NCBI RefSeq assembly: GCF_009834535.1
Contig: NC_045696.1
Coordinates: forward strand, 112,966,001-113,030,000
DNA length: 64,000 nucleotides
DNA from: Camelus ferus
Taxonomy: Eukaryota
Direction: 5' to 3'
Below the pieces are notes generated by a model that worked only from the letters and a program-made list of their open reading frames with translations, searched no databases and was not told where the DNA came from. Of this stretch, positions 52,837 through 64,000 are shown piece after piece. Within the stretch, counting starts at the first letter, position 1, and each line of letters begins with the position of its first letter. A program made the position numbers and the translations under genes.

Positions 52837-53449
52837 CACATGATGATCACTTTTAATGTGGTCAGATGTATCAATCTCATCTTTTATGGCTAGTAAGTTT
52901 TGAATTTTGCGTAAGAAATCAATCCTTTCCTCCCTCTTCTGTATTTTGTTCTAAATGTTTTAACATTTTATCTTTATTTTTAAGTGTTCAGTTCATCTGG
53001 AATATATTTTTGTATTCTATGGTAGGAGACAGGGATCCAATTTTATTTTTCTCATCTGAAAAATAATTACACTAGCATAAATTGTTGAGTAGTAAAGATT
53101 TCTCCCCCTTGGTCTTCAGTGCCAAGGCTTTTGTAAGTTAAATTTTCAGTTGTGTGAGACTGCTTTTGGTCTTTCTATTCTATTTTATTGGACAGTTTGT
53201 GTCAACACCTTATGTTTGCTTTCCTTTCTTTCTTTCACTTTCCATTCTTCTACCTTCCCCTAAGGATCTTGCATCTTTCACTCCAGAATTCACTTATGTC
53301 CAAGGTCAGCCAGTTTCTCAGGAGCATTCTGTAGATTCCATAGTGGATCAATAACAAAACAAACAGGGCTATCTCTTGTTTATGATGGTTTCCCCAGAGC
53401 ACATGCGAGAATGTTATAAAGTCCCATCAGGGTGACCATGGAAAACCAG

Positions 53450-54660
53450 GATGAAGGGGATAAAGAATAAGTCCTGTTACTCTTTCTTTAAGATCTCACT
53501 ACAATTTCTTATTCATATTTGCTGCCATATCACTCTGGTGAGTCACTTTTTTCTTCTAAACTTCTGTCATCCAAGTCTCCTCCAATTCTGCACCCTGTAC
53601 TTCCCAGTTATGTTTTTATATATGCAATATGTTTTTTATATGCAATACTTTATATTTTGCCCTCTAAACTTCATCTGATTGATTTTATGAGATCATTTAG
53701 TATGCATGACTATATTATCTCAACTACCCAACAACCATTCAACTGTGACGATTATGTTCTCTGTCCTCATCCGAATCAATGCAGTTTTGATGAGAGCTCA
53801 AAAGCTCAATTGACGTTGATTAATTCATTAACTATTGTTCGACTCATGTATTCATGCTTTGTCATTCAGGTCATATTCTACCATCTTACTCCAGGATATC
53901 TTGCAAGACTTTGTTAAGCACCTTGCTGAAATAGGCACATGATACCATTGGTATAAATACCTTGATTTAAATGCATGTGAACGATAATTTAACATTATAG
54001 CATATTGTCAGTAGCACATATCATATATCATATATTTGTTTATGTCTCCTTCCCAACCCATTGCTACTCTTTACTGAATACCTCATTTCACTTTCTTTCA
54101 ATAGTATTCATAAGCCATGTATTTAAACATAACTTCTAGTATTGTAGGTTTTATGGGTATGATGTTGTTCCCCATACTCACATTTCTCCCCCAACTGCCC
54201 TCAAATCCCTCTTTTGATAATCAAGACAAAATTTACTTTTCTTACATCCAACAACAAGAAAACAGTTTGTGTATTGCTTGTTTGTTTCACTCTATTACCT
54301 CTAAAGATCTAATGCATCTGAGTCTAGAGACTTAAACACAGTTTGGTACTCACTTTCCATCTTCTCATTGTCTCAGTTTACTACTAAAATGAACCATTTA
54401 AGTTTTCTTCTTTACAGTTGGAAAGTCATTCTTCCTAATGAAAATGACAAAAGCCAGCAGGGAGAAGGACTGTTTTCCTTCCTCTTTGTCACATGCTAAC
54501 TCTGCACCATCTGGTTCAAGCCATGGGTCTAGCCTTTCCTGTTCTTCTTGTCCTGAACATAATCAAAATGCATTTGACATACTCAGCGTTTTCTTCGCAA
54601 GCTTCAGCTCATCCTTGACTCCAGCTTTATTGATGTTATTCTGACACGTGACCATGCAGC
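53450..54660 (-). mobile_element. L3/CR1 ORF2 fossil
   Basis: Minus strand gives QNNINKAGVKDELKLAKK (from 54643; CR1 .IRKAKA..EL.LA) and YFSKVLNKVLQDIL (~53930; CR1 DFSKAFDKVSHDIL). Confidence 0.7.
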
Positions 54661-54929
54661 TGACAACCAAATTGTGCTAGGAGAGGTAGAAGAAAGCTTG
54701 CCAAGACTTGGTGAAGCTGAACCTTAAATAAACACCGGTATTGCTGGTGACACTGGTAACTGATCCTGCCAAGAGCTTATTCCCAAAAGGAAACTGGGGG
54801 CTAAGAGATGATTTTGATCACTAGAGTTGAAGACACCCATCAGTTCTGTATGTGGTGCTGCTACCATGTGGCAAGGAACATTCTTTATAATATCTGAAAG
54901 AGGTCTCTGAAATAACATCCAGTGTGTTG

Positions 54930-54998
54930 ATCTTCAGTGCCTACACAATGCCAGACACACAGTAGGTACTCAATAGAAATTTGTTTACTGACAAAATG
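54930..54998 (+). mobile_element. L2 3' terminus
   Basis: cagtgcctacacaatgccagacacacagtaggtactcaatagaaatttgtt. Confidence 0.7.
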
Positions 54999-55505
54999 AG
55001 AACAGTACATATCAGAAGAGAAGAAAAAAGATCGTTCTCTTCAAGTCACATGAGGGACTAAAGCTGAGAATATGGATTTAATTTTGTTTATTACCTTTGG
55101 ACTGAGCTGACATTTTTCACTTTAGGATTCTGACCACTTTGATCTGCAGGGAAACATTAGTGGTGAAAATGTGGAATATGCTTCTTGGAAAATGCCTTGC
55201 TTCAACAGATTAAAGACACATAAACTAGAGAAAGTATGCAAATTTTCCTTGTTTGAACTGAAAGGAAGCAACAGAAGGAATTAATGGAAATTTTCAAATC
55301 TTAGTCTCTTTCTGATATTTTTGATAAAAGCCTCAGAGTGAGTCAAGAAGGAAGAAGACTTACAAAGTCTTCTTGGTTAGAGATATTCAAATACTAATGA
55401 TGCAAGTTCAAAACATTTCCAAAAGGCCTCTAATATTTTATCTTGAATATTAGTGATTAAAACTGTGTTAATACTCAGTTAACGTTCTCTGTTAGGTTTG
55501 AAGAA

Positions 55506-55507
<2 letters not shown>

Positions 55508-55537
<30 letters not shown>
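55508..55537. repeat. (GT)15 microsatellite
   Basis: Perfect dinucleotide run. Confidence 0.97.
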
Positions 55538-55541
<4 letters not shown>

Positions 55542-55899
55542 ACGTAGACAGAGAGAGAATCATTGTTCTTCTCCTGAGGTTCAATGGTTTAATATACAAT
55601 GTAGTCCAGGCCTTTGCAGAAATTGACTTGTTTAACAGCTCCTGGTGCTGGGTGTAACAATCTCTAAGTTTGCTCAAGTCCTTTTGGAAGGAGACATGGC
55701 ATCCACGATAGATTACTAATCAATTCCCCGCACATTTGTGTTGATTCTATATCTCATTATTCACACTTGCTAAACACTCATTCAAGTTGAGACCCTTTTT
55801 TGGTGTAAAAAAAAAAAGTACACAAAGCTATGCACTATATTAACTGGTTACTAGCTGGAAGAGAGAGTTTTTCCTCAGTCTCAGATCTAGCTTCAGTGT

Positions 55900-56560
55900 A
55901 GGGTTTGCTATTTTTAATCACAGAACTTCGAAGCTTAATTCAGTTAAAGAGGGAGGAAGTTGTCAAGGGAGGGTTGCTGAAAGTTCATGCTAAATTTGCT
56001 TAGAACCAGATTGCGTTCATTAATATTTATGCATCTGTGGTTGGGAAGGGTGATTATGCTCCTTTAAAAACACTGGGTATTCATTTCCCGTGTACGACGC
56101 TGCCCTCTGATCGGGGAAGGTGGGTTTTCATTGTATGATCAATGGAGATACAGATGGAAACCATCTGGCGCCTCACCCCTCTTCTGTCAAAGCCTTGTCT
56201 TGTCTCTCACATGTCAGTGATGAATGGAAGGATTTCAATCTCGAGCTGAACAATGCAGCTTGAATCCCTCAGCTAGCCAAGGGCTTTTTGGCAAGCATCG
56301 ATGGGCTTAATATGTTAAAGAAACCAGCAATCATTTTAATTCATTAGTTGGGGCCTGTTGTTCTAGGCAGTGTTTTTGATTTGTATTTTGGGCGTCGGCT
56401 TTGTTTTTGATTCACAAGCATATTCCATATGGGTATATTTTCCTTTCCGCAGTGTAACTCATGGGGACAAAAGTGGGACTCTTATCTGATAAAATGACCA
56501 AAATGCTGAGAGTTGGTTTTCATCATCTTCTGTGTTAAGTATGATTCATATTCAGAGTTC
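55900..56560. promoter_or_regulatory. Putative enhancer in a repeat-free island (double E-box, SOX-like and homeobox-like motifs)
   Basis: CAGATG-N5-CATCTG at 56151-56167; cattgt/caatgg; ttaattcattag. Motif-based only. Confidence 0.4.
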
Positions 56561-56582
56561 AGACCCGAAGTTTCCTTGTTAG

Positions 56583-56750
56583 GTGGTGCAGAGCGTAATT
56601 CAGAGAACATGGAATTTAGTTAACCCAACTCTAGCCCAGACGTCTAAAATTCCATGCAATGCTCTGCTCTGTTTTGTGAGAGGGAGCATGGTGCAGACCT
56701 GTCTCAGGGCACCTTGGCTCCAGCGCTCCCGTGGCTGCCTCTTTGCGAAG
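56583..56750 (+). other. Candidate 168-nt in-frame cassette exon (unverified)
   Basis: Acceptor tttccttgttag|G, donor AAG|gtgagt, open frame in phase 0-0; the peptide is not recognised. Confidence 0.25.
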
Positions 56751-57106
56751 GTGAGTTCCTGGATGGAAGCAAGGCGACCGACTCTCCTTTGCTGTTTGTT
56801 GGCTTGAACAGTTATAACCCAGCTAATACAGAACAAGTTGGTTTTCTGGCACCCCACATTTAATAGAAAGAGGTGAATCACCCGAAAGCAAGTTGATGAT
56901 TTGATGTCAGAGCGTTATGCAGAAACTCCTTTCCAGAGTGCATCCTGGGGAGGTTCAGGCCAGCTCTTGACATCTGCCAAGACTGTGGTGGCCTTTACAG
57001 CAGTGAGAAGCCCACCACTGACCTTTGTGTGGGGCTCAGGTTAAGAGTAACGTGGAAGTTCTTCTATTTAATTGTAACGATTGTTGTGTTAATACACAGC
57101 GCTTGC

Positions 57107-57251
57107 CGGTATAGCTCAGTGGTAGGGTGCCTGATGAGCATGCATGAGGTCCTGGGTCTAATCCCCAGTACCTCCATTAAAAATGAATAAATAAACTTAA
57201 TTACTCCCCCAAAAGTAAAATTTAAAAAATAATTTTAAAAAACATTTAAAA
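57107..57251 (+). mobile_element. tRNA-Ala-derived SINE (vic-1-like) inserted at a MIR end
   Basis: ggtatagctcagtggtag.gtgc.tg.tgagcatgcatgaggtcctgggt..aatccccagtacctcc; TSD aatacacagcgcttgc / aatacatagtgcttac. Confidence 0.9.
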
Positions 57252-57655
57252 AATACATAGTGCTTACTAGCTGCCAGGCACTGTTCTAAAGTGCTAGGTA
57301 TATTTTCATTCATTTAGTCCTTGCATCCACTTGAATAGATAAATTTTATTCTTATCTTCATTTTATGGATAAGGAAACTAAAGCCCAAAGGGTTTAAGAA
57401 TTTGCCCAAATTCCATAGCTTTTAAAGGGCAGCATGGGGATTCAAATCCAGATAGTCAGTCTCTGAAATCCGTGTGCTTAACCTGCTTACTGGCTCTCAC
57501 AGTCACCATAAGAGACAGAGGTCATTTTGTTAGTTCTGTTTTAAGAGGAGGAAACTGAGGCCTTGAGAGGTTAAATTGCTTGTCTTAGTCTAGGATGTAC
57601 AAACCGTAGCTGTGGAACCAGGACCCAGACTTTCTGAATCCCATTCTTTATACAG
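57252..57655 (-). mobile_element. Two tandem antisense MIRs
   Basis: gccaggcactgttctaaagtgct; cattttatggataaggaaactaaagcccaaag; gaggaaactgaggccttgagaggttaa. Confidence 0.85.
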
Positions 57656-57899
57656 TGGAAAGTTCAGAGCCATCACCATAAGGCACCAGAAGATACTGAA
57701 TCATCAGAGAAGGACGATATTTGTTCAGTGTCATGCAGTCCTAGAAAAAAGGAGATATACTGATTCTTTACATGTAAAAATACAGATTTACAATAACGTA
57801 ATCCAACCAAACTATTAGAATTTATTTTCGATTAACGTGGAATTGAAATTAACTCATTCTGATGCTGCTCAACTGAGTGCTTGCTATTTTTGCCTCCAA

Positions 57900-58620
57900 A
57901 TGTTGATGAAAGGAATCCTTAGTATGTAAAAAGCTTTTTAAATTCAATAGGAAGAAAACTGAATAGTCGCAATTTTTTAAAGAATGGATAAAGAATAAAA
58001 ATAAATGTAAATGGGCTATAAATTTTTAAGTGACACAAAGATTTAACCTCATTAAAGAATAACAGGAGTACGTCCTGCTAAAGTGTCACAGATTAGACAA
58101 AGTGGTCATATATAGCATCACCTCATGGTGCAAGGGAATTGGCGCTTTCTTCCACTGCTAATGGTGCATTTTGTAAAAGGACAATTTGTCAATGCGCATC
58201 AATAGCCTTAAAGGGTGTATACACTTTGATCTATGGATACCACATCTAGGGACTTATCCTAAGGATGGCATCATGAATGTGAACAAAGACTTCTTTTTAA
58301 TAATCAGAGAAAGTGAAAATCTGAGACAACTGCTAACAGTTTGATAAAATATATTCGGCATATTCCTATGATGGAATATAGGCAACTATAAAAGTGTGAC
58401 ATCTAAAAACACTGAGTAATACAGTAGTATGTAAAAGATGTGTTAAGTGAAAAAGCAGGTTAAGAAGGTTATCAAACAGTATGGACAATAAGATCCTCTT
58501 TTTTAAAAAAAGAAAATTTATATCAGAATGCTAAGAAGGTTCTTTTCAAAGCAGTCATGTAGCCATTTTTATTCTTTTTGCTTTTCCTTTCTGGTATAAC
58601 AAAAAAAGTAAATTAAAGAA
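57900..58620 (+). mobile_element. Old L1ME 3' fragment
   Basis: aattcaataggaagaaaac; atacactttgatcta..gataccacatctagggacttatcctaagga; tgttaagtgaaaaagcaggtta. Confidence 0.7.
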
Positions 58621-58904
58621 TCATACATAAAATAATGCATTTTAATTTTATTTTTAAATGTTGCTACTAGACTTTTACAATCCTATTAAAAAAATGAGCT
58701 CCTTTAACGAGTGTAAGAAAAGTTCTATATTTATGGAAGTTTAAGTAGATATTGAGGAACAAAGAAGGGACAGAGTCAGTTCTCCTTAGCCCTTTGAATT
58801 TGTATCACATAGCGCAGCTGTTTTCATTAGGTTTACTTTCTGATTTAGTAGGTGTGGATGGAGCCCCAAAAGTTTCATTTCTAAGAAGTACCCCAAAGCC
58901 TGAA

Positions 58905-59072
58905 GTGTTTCAACCATGTACTCAATCATAACGGGATGTCAGAATCCCTTAGGGAACATAAAAAAATCCTGTTGCCTGGTGCCTACCCCAGAACAGTTAG
59001 GTCCAACCTCTGAGTCTTGGACTGGAACGATTCCAGGTACTTCTAGCCCTCCACCGGGTGGAGAATCGCTGC
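58905..59072. mobile_element. Degenerate MER5-like hAT element
   Basis: tcagaatcccttagggaac.t.aaaaaa...ttgcctgg.gcctacccca; gtggagaatcgctg. Confidence 0.5.
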
Positions 59073-59877
59073 CACCACCACACTTTCAAGCCACCATTTT
59101 AATCCTGCCTTAATTTCTGAAATGACAAAACTGAAGCCCTCTGTCTTTGATTAACTGCACTATAAAATACTTTGAAGATCCTTAGTAACCAAGCAGGTAG
59201 TTTTAGTAAAATGATTCTCCAATGGCATGCTTAATCTATCCCTGGAAAGCACTTTTATCAGTAACTAACCAACAACTGTTTTCTGCTGGATCGGAACAGA
59301 GGATTTTCCTCTGAAAACCATTTGTTTTGAAGTAAATAAAGGCTTTCATTGGGGAAGCTATATAGACCTGGGGATTCATTCTTTTCTTTTAGAATGAAAT
59401 CAGATTCAATAAACAGATTGTCGCAAAAAGTACTGATGAACACACAATTACCCATCATCACACTAGATGCACGACACTGGGTATAGTGCACAGAGAGTTG
59501 TATATATAGAGAGAGAAAGTTATACAGCGCTACCCTTGGAAAGGCTAGGGCTGACCTGGGATCACATGTCTGCTTTACATACAGAGCCATAGTCTGACAT
59601 GTGAATGAACAGTGATACTTCAAGGTCAGGAATGGGTGCTGAAGTGCAGCGAATGAATTCAAAACACTGAATAAGCTGTGTTCCAGATGCGTATCGTAGG
59701 TTAATACTTGGGAACACGGACTTCACATGTCTATGGAAGTAATGGTTGTTAATTCCCCTTTTTAAAAACTCACAAAGCCAGGGCATCGGGAACCAGGCAA
59801 ACAGGTAGCGCAGTAGGTTTTTCTCATCAATCCTCCCTTTCTTGACCTCCTTCTACTGCAGATGACCCCTTTCCAGC

Positions 59878-60386
59878 TATATCAGTTATTTACTGTTTTA
59901 TAGCAAACCAGCCTGCAACTTGGTGGTGTCAGATAACAACGATTTGCAGTTTTTCCCAGTTCCGTGGGTCAGCCAGGCTGGCCGGGCGGTGCTTCTGCTC
60001 CGTTTGGCGTTGGTTGGGGATCACTCATTCGGCTGGGCTGGTCTAGAAGCTTCAGGAAGCTTTCCCTTAATTATTGGTGACCTGGTGTTTCTCCTGTGGC
60101 CTCACCCCATGGCTGGTTTGGGTGTTGTCCCAGCGTGGTAGTGGGAGGGTGGTCAGAATTCTCACGTGGAAGCTGGCTTCCAAGAAAGAAGTGCCCAAAT
60201 CTCTTAAGTCTTGGGCTTAGAAATCCTAGGATGGAACACATCACTCCTACCATGTTCTATTGGTCAAAGTAGGTTAATGTAAAAAGGAGGAGAAATGGAC
60301 CCTACCTCTTCGATGGGGGAGTGGCGTGTGCATTGGGGACGGAAAACACTGATGGTGGCCATCTTTGGAGACTGTCTTCTGGACCA
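59878..60386 (-). mobile_element. MLT1H/I-type MaLR LTR
   Basis: tatcagttatttactg...aaacc.....aacttggtggt; catcact.ctaccatgttctattggtcaaag; tggtggccatctttggagac. Confidence 0.85.
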
Positions 60387-62159
60387 TCCTTTCACTGCTG
60401 TGTTCTAGAGGAGGCTGAGATGGGAGACTCTCACTCTTCACAAAGTCAGACCTACCAATACAGTCACATCCCAAAAGTTAAGTGGAGGCCAGAGATGTGA
60501 AAATTCCTCCACAGCAGCTAAAAGAATGGTGAATTCATGCATGCCTCTCTTTTAGTTCCTGTTTTGTCATAAAAAAAAGTCAGAAATTTAAGTTTGCCTC
60601 TGGGGAGGAAATTCATTTTAATTATATCCCAAACCCAACATAACAGTGAAGTAAAAAGGGGTTTATTTGTTTTTCCTGCAAAGTTGAGAGGCAGGCAGTG
60701 CAGGGCTGGTGTGGCTACTAATTTAAGCCCACTGCTCCACCCCCAAAACAAAATTGGGAAAATGGTAACTTTCTTAGAACTACCACTCAGATCAAACCCA
60801 TATCCTTAATTCAGATGATCATGATTCCTCACTCCTGTGCCTTTTACTCTGAGCAATTCTCCATCCATGCCACCAGGTTTCTTGAACGCCTACTTCTTCT
60901 GGATGTGATAGCATAGCATACCGGCTTTGTGAACAATTACAGACAGCAGAATTTCCAGCCTTAAAAAATTTGCCAAGGTCCCCAAAGATACTTAAATGTT
61001 TAACGAGTTATTTACTACCATACGCCATTTCACTTTTTTATGAAACTACACAAAATCGTTGTTATAATTATTATCCATTAAAGTGGTAAAACATTATTCT
61101 CAGGAATAGAAGAGACAGACACGTAAATGCTACTTTAACTGTATTTTTGTTGATATGGGTAGAAGGAGCCCTGAACCAGGACTCAGATAAGCACTAAGAT
61201 ATCAGAGAAGCGTGTGTCTTCAGGGATGTCACCAAATATCCTGGGATCTATGAAATGGAGATGGGAACCTGGGGTCTGTAGACTGTGGGAAAGGAGGCAT
61301 CCAATGAGAGAATAATGGGAAAGTGATGCAGGAAATCATTCCTGCAGACTTCAGCTATTTTACTTTCATTAATTTTATTAATAGCATCCTCATCATTTTA
61401 TGTTGTCATCAGGGCAATCCAGAATGCTTCCTTCTGAGCTGTCCATGAAAATCATGGAGAATGCAGATTCAGCCCATTTGCAGCCTTTTTTGCTCTGGGG
61501 GATGGACACCGGGGCGGGGCCCGGAGCAGCACTTTCTGGGGAAATTGTCGTAAATATGACTATTGGATTAGTGAAGCCTGAAGATTTGGGAGGTATAGAA
61601 AGGAAGAAAAGACAGGATAACTACAGCCACTGTTGGAGGGTGGGCCGGGTAGGTGCCGTTTCCCGATCCTTCTCATTTAAAATCCCGCAGCCGGGCCCTG
61701 TGAAGAATCTGCATTGTTAGACTCATTGCCTGGAGAGGAACAAGCCTTAGATTGCTGACTTGCGGAAAGTTCATTAGAGAATAAGTAGTGGGGCCAGAAT
61801 TCAAATCCCACAAACTCCTGAGCCTGTTTATGCTCCCAGAGCCCCCAGGAACCACAGCATCCGCTCACTAAGGCCAAAGGAGGATGAGAGAGGCTCAGCA
61901 CAGAGACAGTCTGGTAGCCAGGCTGGCCGCAGGGGTGGGACCCCGGCTGTCGCTCAGGTCCCGCTCAGGATGGCCCCACACTACCTCCAAATTCCTAATA
62001 ATTTTTAAACAAGTGGCTCTCATTTTCACTTTCTCCTGGGCCTTGCTAATGTGGCCAGTTCTGGGAGACACTCAAGGGAGAGAAAGTGTGGAAGGAACGG
62101 CCCGCCTTACTTCTCCAAAATAACACATGTAAAGCAGAGGGAAAGGAGAGAAGGATTCA

Positions 62160-62375
62160 GGTTTGTTGAGCACCAATTGTCTGTTGGGTGTGTATCCATG
62201 TCATTTTCACACTCATTAATTAATTTCAACTCCAGAATAATTATCAGAGGTAAATAAGTTCATCATTTTATAAACACGGAAACACGTTCTCCTCTGAGAG
62301 GTGAGGCCATTTGCAGAAGGTTCCACTGTTGGGAGGAGGTGGTGCTCGGACTCATGGCCAAGCGTGCCTGACTTC
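62160..62375 (-). mobile_element. MIR SINE
   Basis: tttgttgagcacc..ttgt...; catcattttataaacacggaaac....ctctgagaggtgagg. Confidence 0.65.
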
Positions 62376-63540
62376 TTGGGTCTTACTCCTTTAACCCCTC
62401 CAGGTTGCTCCAGGGGTGAGATAAAAATATACATATATACCTACTCCTCATGGGTTTATTATTATGAGGTGATTTTCCACCTTTGCAGAAATAGATTAAG
62501 CTATGATTAAAGTTTTCAGTAATGTAGAATTGCCCTCTGCAAAACTTACTAACTTATTTTTGGTTGAGCCTGACCTAATGAAAGGTTCCCAAAGATGGAA
62601 GCTGCGATATGTAAATATGATCAAGATATGACAGCAGTATTACTGGACAAAGGACTCTGCAGTGTTATTTTTATAAACAAATTGCGTCAAGGTTCTTAAA
62701 TCTTTGAAGAGTAACAAACTAGGAGTCCAGAGACCTGAGCTCTACATTTGGCTTTCTGTAAACTTGGGTAAGTCATTTGACTTCTCAGAGTCTCAACTCT
62801 GAATTGGAAGAGGAGGATCTTACAGCTGTGGTCAAAAAGGTTCCATCATAATTAGAACCCTAAGGAGAATTCTTTTTTATGCCTGAAGCAGGAAGCCTTG
62901 ATAGGCTTTGCATTTAGAGGCAGGTCCTTAAGTGAGAGGGAGGAGAGGAAAGAAAGTAGGGAAAGGACCCTTTCCCCTTGAGCAGGCTGGCTTTCTCACC
63001 CTGTCCATGTGCCTTTGGCCCTGTCTGCCTTCAGTAGGCCCAGTTGCTTGTCTGGGATGGCAGTGAATCTGCCACCAAGCTGGGAGAGGTGGTGCTTGCT
63101 GAGGAGGGAGATGAGAGGAGCTGTAAGTTCACCTAGTGTTTCTCAATCATGATTTAACCCTTTTGCTTTCTATTTCAATGCCTTGTGGTCAAGGACCTGA
63201 TGGCTGTGTTCTAGCTATTGCTCTACAGTTGACTGCGAGTGGTTTCATGGTTATGGGTCTATGCTCAGCTGCCAGAGCGCCATGTTGATAAATGATGGCT
63301 GTCATGGGCACTGGGTGTTTGGAGAATGACAGATGGGGCTCATATCCCATCTAGTGGATAGTGGCCATCCCTAGCTTAACATAGACTTTCCAAAAATATT
63401 TCTTGGATGACTGAACAGCCATTTCTGTCAGTGTTAACTATTGTACCTATGAGAAAAGTTGTAGACCCATAAGTTGGCTAAGAAGATTCTAGAAAATTTA
63501 GGGCATTGTCCTATATAAGTGAAATAGTGGAGTTTCTCTT

Positions 63541-63735
63541 GATTTCTCAGGATGTGGGTCACAAAACATTTGCATAAGATTCACCTAGTGAGCTTGTTTA
63601 AAGTACAGATTACTGGGCCCCATCCAAGACTTTCTAAGTCAGATTCTTTGGAGGCTAAGACCCAGGAATCTGCATTTTCACAAGTGTCCTCAGTGACTGT
63701 GTCTGTGTATACTGAAGTTGGAGCATGCCATATAA
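63541..63735. mobile_element. MER5B-like hAT element
   Basis: ttcacctagtgagcttgtttaaagtacagattactgggccccatccaagac; cccaggaatctgcattttcacaag. Confidence 0.85.
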
Positions 63736-64000
63736 GACTGGGTAATTTTTTAAACTGGCAATATTTTCATTTATCACATCAGAATCTCGACCAAGAAGCC
63801 ACTTTGCAAATGGTGCTGCAAAAAAGATTATAACTACACAGTGTGAGTAAATTCTTCAGGGTTCAGTGTGGGGGATCTAGATATGTAAAACTGAAGGGCA
63901 AATAAAGCCTTCTTTAAAAAGTTTCAGAGTTGTAGTTTAACCAAGTGACTCTACGTAAGGTCACAGAAAAATGATCTGGTTTTTAATCCACATACCTTTG

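Larger units (their letters stand above)
50570..53190 (-). mobile_element. Old L1MC/ME element hosting a nested L1 composite
   Basis: ctaggagtagaattgctgggtcagagggta; tttgtgaaatgctgttcata; resumes after 52854 (ttcatctggaatatattttt, gagacagggatccaatttt). Confidence 0.8.

Noticed and set aside
6..55345. About nine perfect AP-1 heptamers noticed across the window
   Set aside because: Close to the ~8 expected by chance in 64 kb (2 x 64000/4^7), so there is no window-wide enrichment

Overview
This is mammalian non-coding DNA with no recognisable protein-coding gene, RNA gene or prokaryotic system. The six-frame ORFs are all short (135 aa or less) and look incidental, and many lie inside repeats. 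Six tRNA-Ala(AGC)-derived SINEs matching the camelid vic-1 family, plus cetartiodactyl-type L1 3' ends, point to a camelid genome (alpaca, llama or camel). The window is rich in old repeats: MIR, L2, L3/CR1, L1M, hAT elements (MER5, MER20, MER33, MER58) and MLT1/LTR16/LTR33 solo LTRs. These are separated by repeat-poor islands that look like enhancers. The longer L1 fragments are mostly on the minus strand, which weakly suggests a long intron of a plus-strand gene that I cannot identify. The best leads are an in-frame 168-nt candidate cassette exon next to a TWIST-type double E-box (56.1-56.75 kb), a candidate recursive splice site (25.19 kb), a probable short L1 3' transduction (26.07 kb), a multi-layer nested L1 inside a CR1 fossil (49.9-54.7 kb) and a fossil hAT transposase fragment (13 kb). 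I found no convincing new biological system. Repeat subfamily names are from recall of consensus sequences, and boundaries without TSDs are approximate.
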